DNA of 32,000 nucleotides from Pseudomonas aeruginosa (GTDB lineage Bacteria; Pseudomonadota; Gammaproteobacteria; Pseudomonadales; Pseudomonadaceae): NCBI RefSeq assembly GCF_001457615.1, contig NZ_LN831024.1, positions 2,850,001-2,882,000 of the forward strand. The letters are read 5' to 3'. Positions 30,979 through 32,000 of this stretch are shown piece by piece. The position numbers and the translations under genes were made by a program. Numbering within the stretch: the first letter of the stretch is position 1; every line of letters begins with the position of its first letter. The notes beneath the pieces were generated by a model. The model had not been told where the DNA came from, searched no databases, and saw only the letters and a list, made by a program, of their open reading frames with translations.

Positions 30979-32000
30979 CCCTGCCTCTTTCCGGCAACGC
31001 CCTGTCCCTGGAAGTGCTGCTCGAACCGATCGACCCCGGACAGCCGTGCGGCCCCAGCCTGCGCTACGACCCGGACTACGACCGCCTGCGCGAGTTGCGC
31101 CGGGAGGACGACAGCAGCCTGCCGACCGGCGTCTGGCAGGCGGAGGCCAAGCGCGCCGACTGGGCCGCGGTGGAGCAGTTGGCCAGCGAACTGTTGCAGC
31201 GGCGCAGCAAGGACCTGATGCTCGCCGCCTGGCTCGGCGAGGCCTGGCTGCAACGCGGCGGGCTGGGGGGATTGCAGCGCGCGCTGGTGCTGCTGGCGGA
31301 ACTCTGCGAGCGCTACCCCGAGGAGGTGCATCCGCAAGCCCAGGACGGCGACCAGTCGTGGCGGGTGCCGCCCATCGACTGGCTGTTGCGCCGCTATGCC
31401 GAGCTGCTGCACACGCGCCTGCCGCTGATGGGGCAGGGCGCGTTCGCCGAGATCACCCTCTATGCCTGGCAGAGGTTGCAGCGCCAGCAGGTCGCCAGCG
31501 GCGACAGCAAGAGCGCCAAGGCGGCGCTGGAAGCGGCGCAACTTCAGCAGAAGAAGCTAGACGAAGCGTTGCGCGCGGAGCCCCTGGTGCAATGGCAGCG
31601 CAAGCAGGCCAGCCTGCTCGCCTGCCAGCAGCAACTACAGCGCCTGGAACAGTGGTGCGACCGCTGCCTGGGCGAACTCGCCCCCAGTTGCCAGCCATTG
31701 CGCGAGGTCATCGCGCAATGGCTGGCCTTGCTCAAGGAGTTCATCGCCATGCACCCGCAAGCGCCGCTGTCCGAAGAACAGCCCCCGGTCGCGGAGGCGG
31801 ACGCCGCCGAAGGCGACGCGGACGGCGAGGAAAGCGTCCCGGCGAGCGCGCCGAGCGGGCCGGCTGGCGCGCCGACCAGTCGCGAGGACGCCTACCGGCA
31901 ATTGCTGCTGATCGCTGACTACCTGGCGCGCACCGAGCCGCACAGCCCGGTTCCCTACCTGATCAAGCGCGCGGTGGAGTGGGGCAACAAGCCGCTGAGC
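30975..32000 (+). CDS. tssA3: T6SS protein TssA (ImpA_N family), partial; 3' end lies outside the window
   Basis: This ORF is not in the ORF track because no stop falls within the window. I translated it by hand from the ATG at 30975, which overlaps the tssM3 TGA. It gives MTLPLSGNALSLEVLLEPIDPGQPCGPSLRYDPDYDRLRELRREDDSSLPTGVWQAEAKRADWAAVEQLASELLQRRSKDLMLAAWLGEAW..., a classical ImpA_N signature. The frame stays open through 32000 (...PHSPVPYLIKRAVEWGNKPLS). Confidence 0.88.
   Translation, partial: MTLPLSGNALSLEVLLEPIDPGQPCGPSLRYDPDYDRLRELRREDDSSLPTGVWQAEAKRADWAAVEQLASELLQRRSKDLMLAAWLGEAWLQRGGLGGLQRALVLLAELCERYPEEVHPQAQDGDQSWRVPPIDWLLRRYAELLHTRLPLMGQGAFAEITLYAWQRLQRQQVASGDSKSAKAALEAAQLQQKKLDEALRAEPLVQWQRKQASLLACQQQLQRLEQWCDRCLGELAPSCQPLREVIAQWLALLKEFIAMHPQAPLSEEQPPVAEADAAEGDADGEESVPASAPSGPAGAPTSREDAYRQLLLIADYLARTEPHSPVPYLIKRAVEWGNKPLS

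Noticed and set aside
1-32000. A search for tRNA or rRNA genes, CRISPR arrays, IS or transposase genes, integrases and long direct repeats.
   Set aside because: No cloverleaf-like or rRNA-like segments were seen. There were no regularly spaced repeats other than the in-frame VgrG repeats. No transposase-like or integrase-like ORFs appear in any frame.

Overview
The window is high-GC Pseudomonas-type chromosome. By gene order and protein sequence I recognise it as the Pseudomonas aeruginosa PAO1-like region PA2386 to PA2360, read in descending locus order. This rests on my memory of the locus, not on a database search.

The left third (1-11.8 kb) is a mixed iron and metabolism neighbourhood:
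- the 3' end of pvdA and the acylase gene pvdQ;
- a short Fur-like regulator and a LysR-type regulator;
- the L-lactate dehydrogenase gene lldA;
- two small hypothetical genes;
- a two-subunit IorAB-type molybdo-oxidoreductase;
- an orphan periplasmic solute-binding protein and an orphan LuxR/NarL-type response regulator.

The right two thirds (12-32 kb) hold a complete type VI secretion cluster, the H3-T6SS, built as two divergent operons around a 208-bp promoter hub at 24315-24522.
- Leftward operon: tssB3-tssC3-hcp3-tssE3-tssF3-tssG3-clpV3, then a low-GC insert, then vgrG3-tseF.
- Rightward operon: tssJ3-tssK3-tssL3-tssM3-tssA3, with tssA3 running off the window end.
- A DUF4280 (PAAR-like) gene sits convergent to tseF on the opposite strand.

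The T6SS itself is a known system. These parts look under-described:
- A roughly 0.95-kb low-GC island is inserted between clpV3 and vgrG3. It carries a 190-aa orphan protein with an ordered His...Cys motif pair resembling clan-CD (C80/CPD-like) cysteine proteases.
- The same island carries small or frameshifted ORFs, one of them stop/start-coupled to vgrG3.
- TssM3 has a degenerate P-loop and only two predicted TM segments.
- TseF ends in a Trp-rich tail.
- An extremely AT-rich 80-bp patch with a perfect 12-bp hairpin lies between two convergent genes.
- A perfect 27-bp palindrome lies upstream of the oxidoreductase operon.

I saw no tRNA, rRNA, CRISPR array or recognisable IS element. Many long antisense ORFs in the track are high-GC artefacts.
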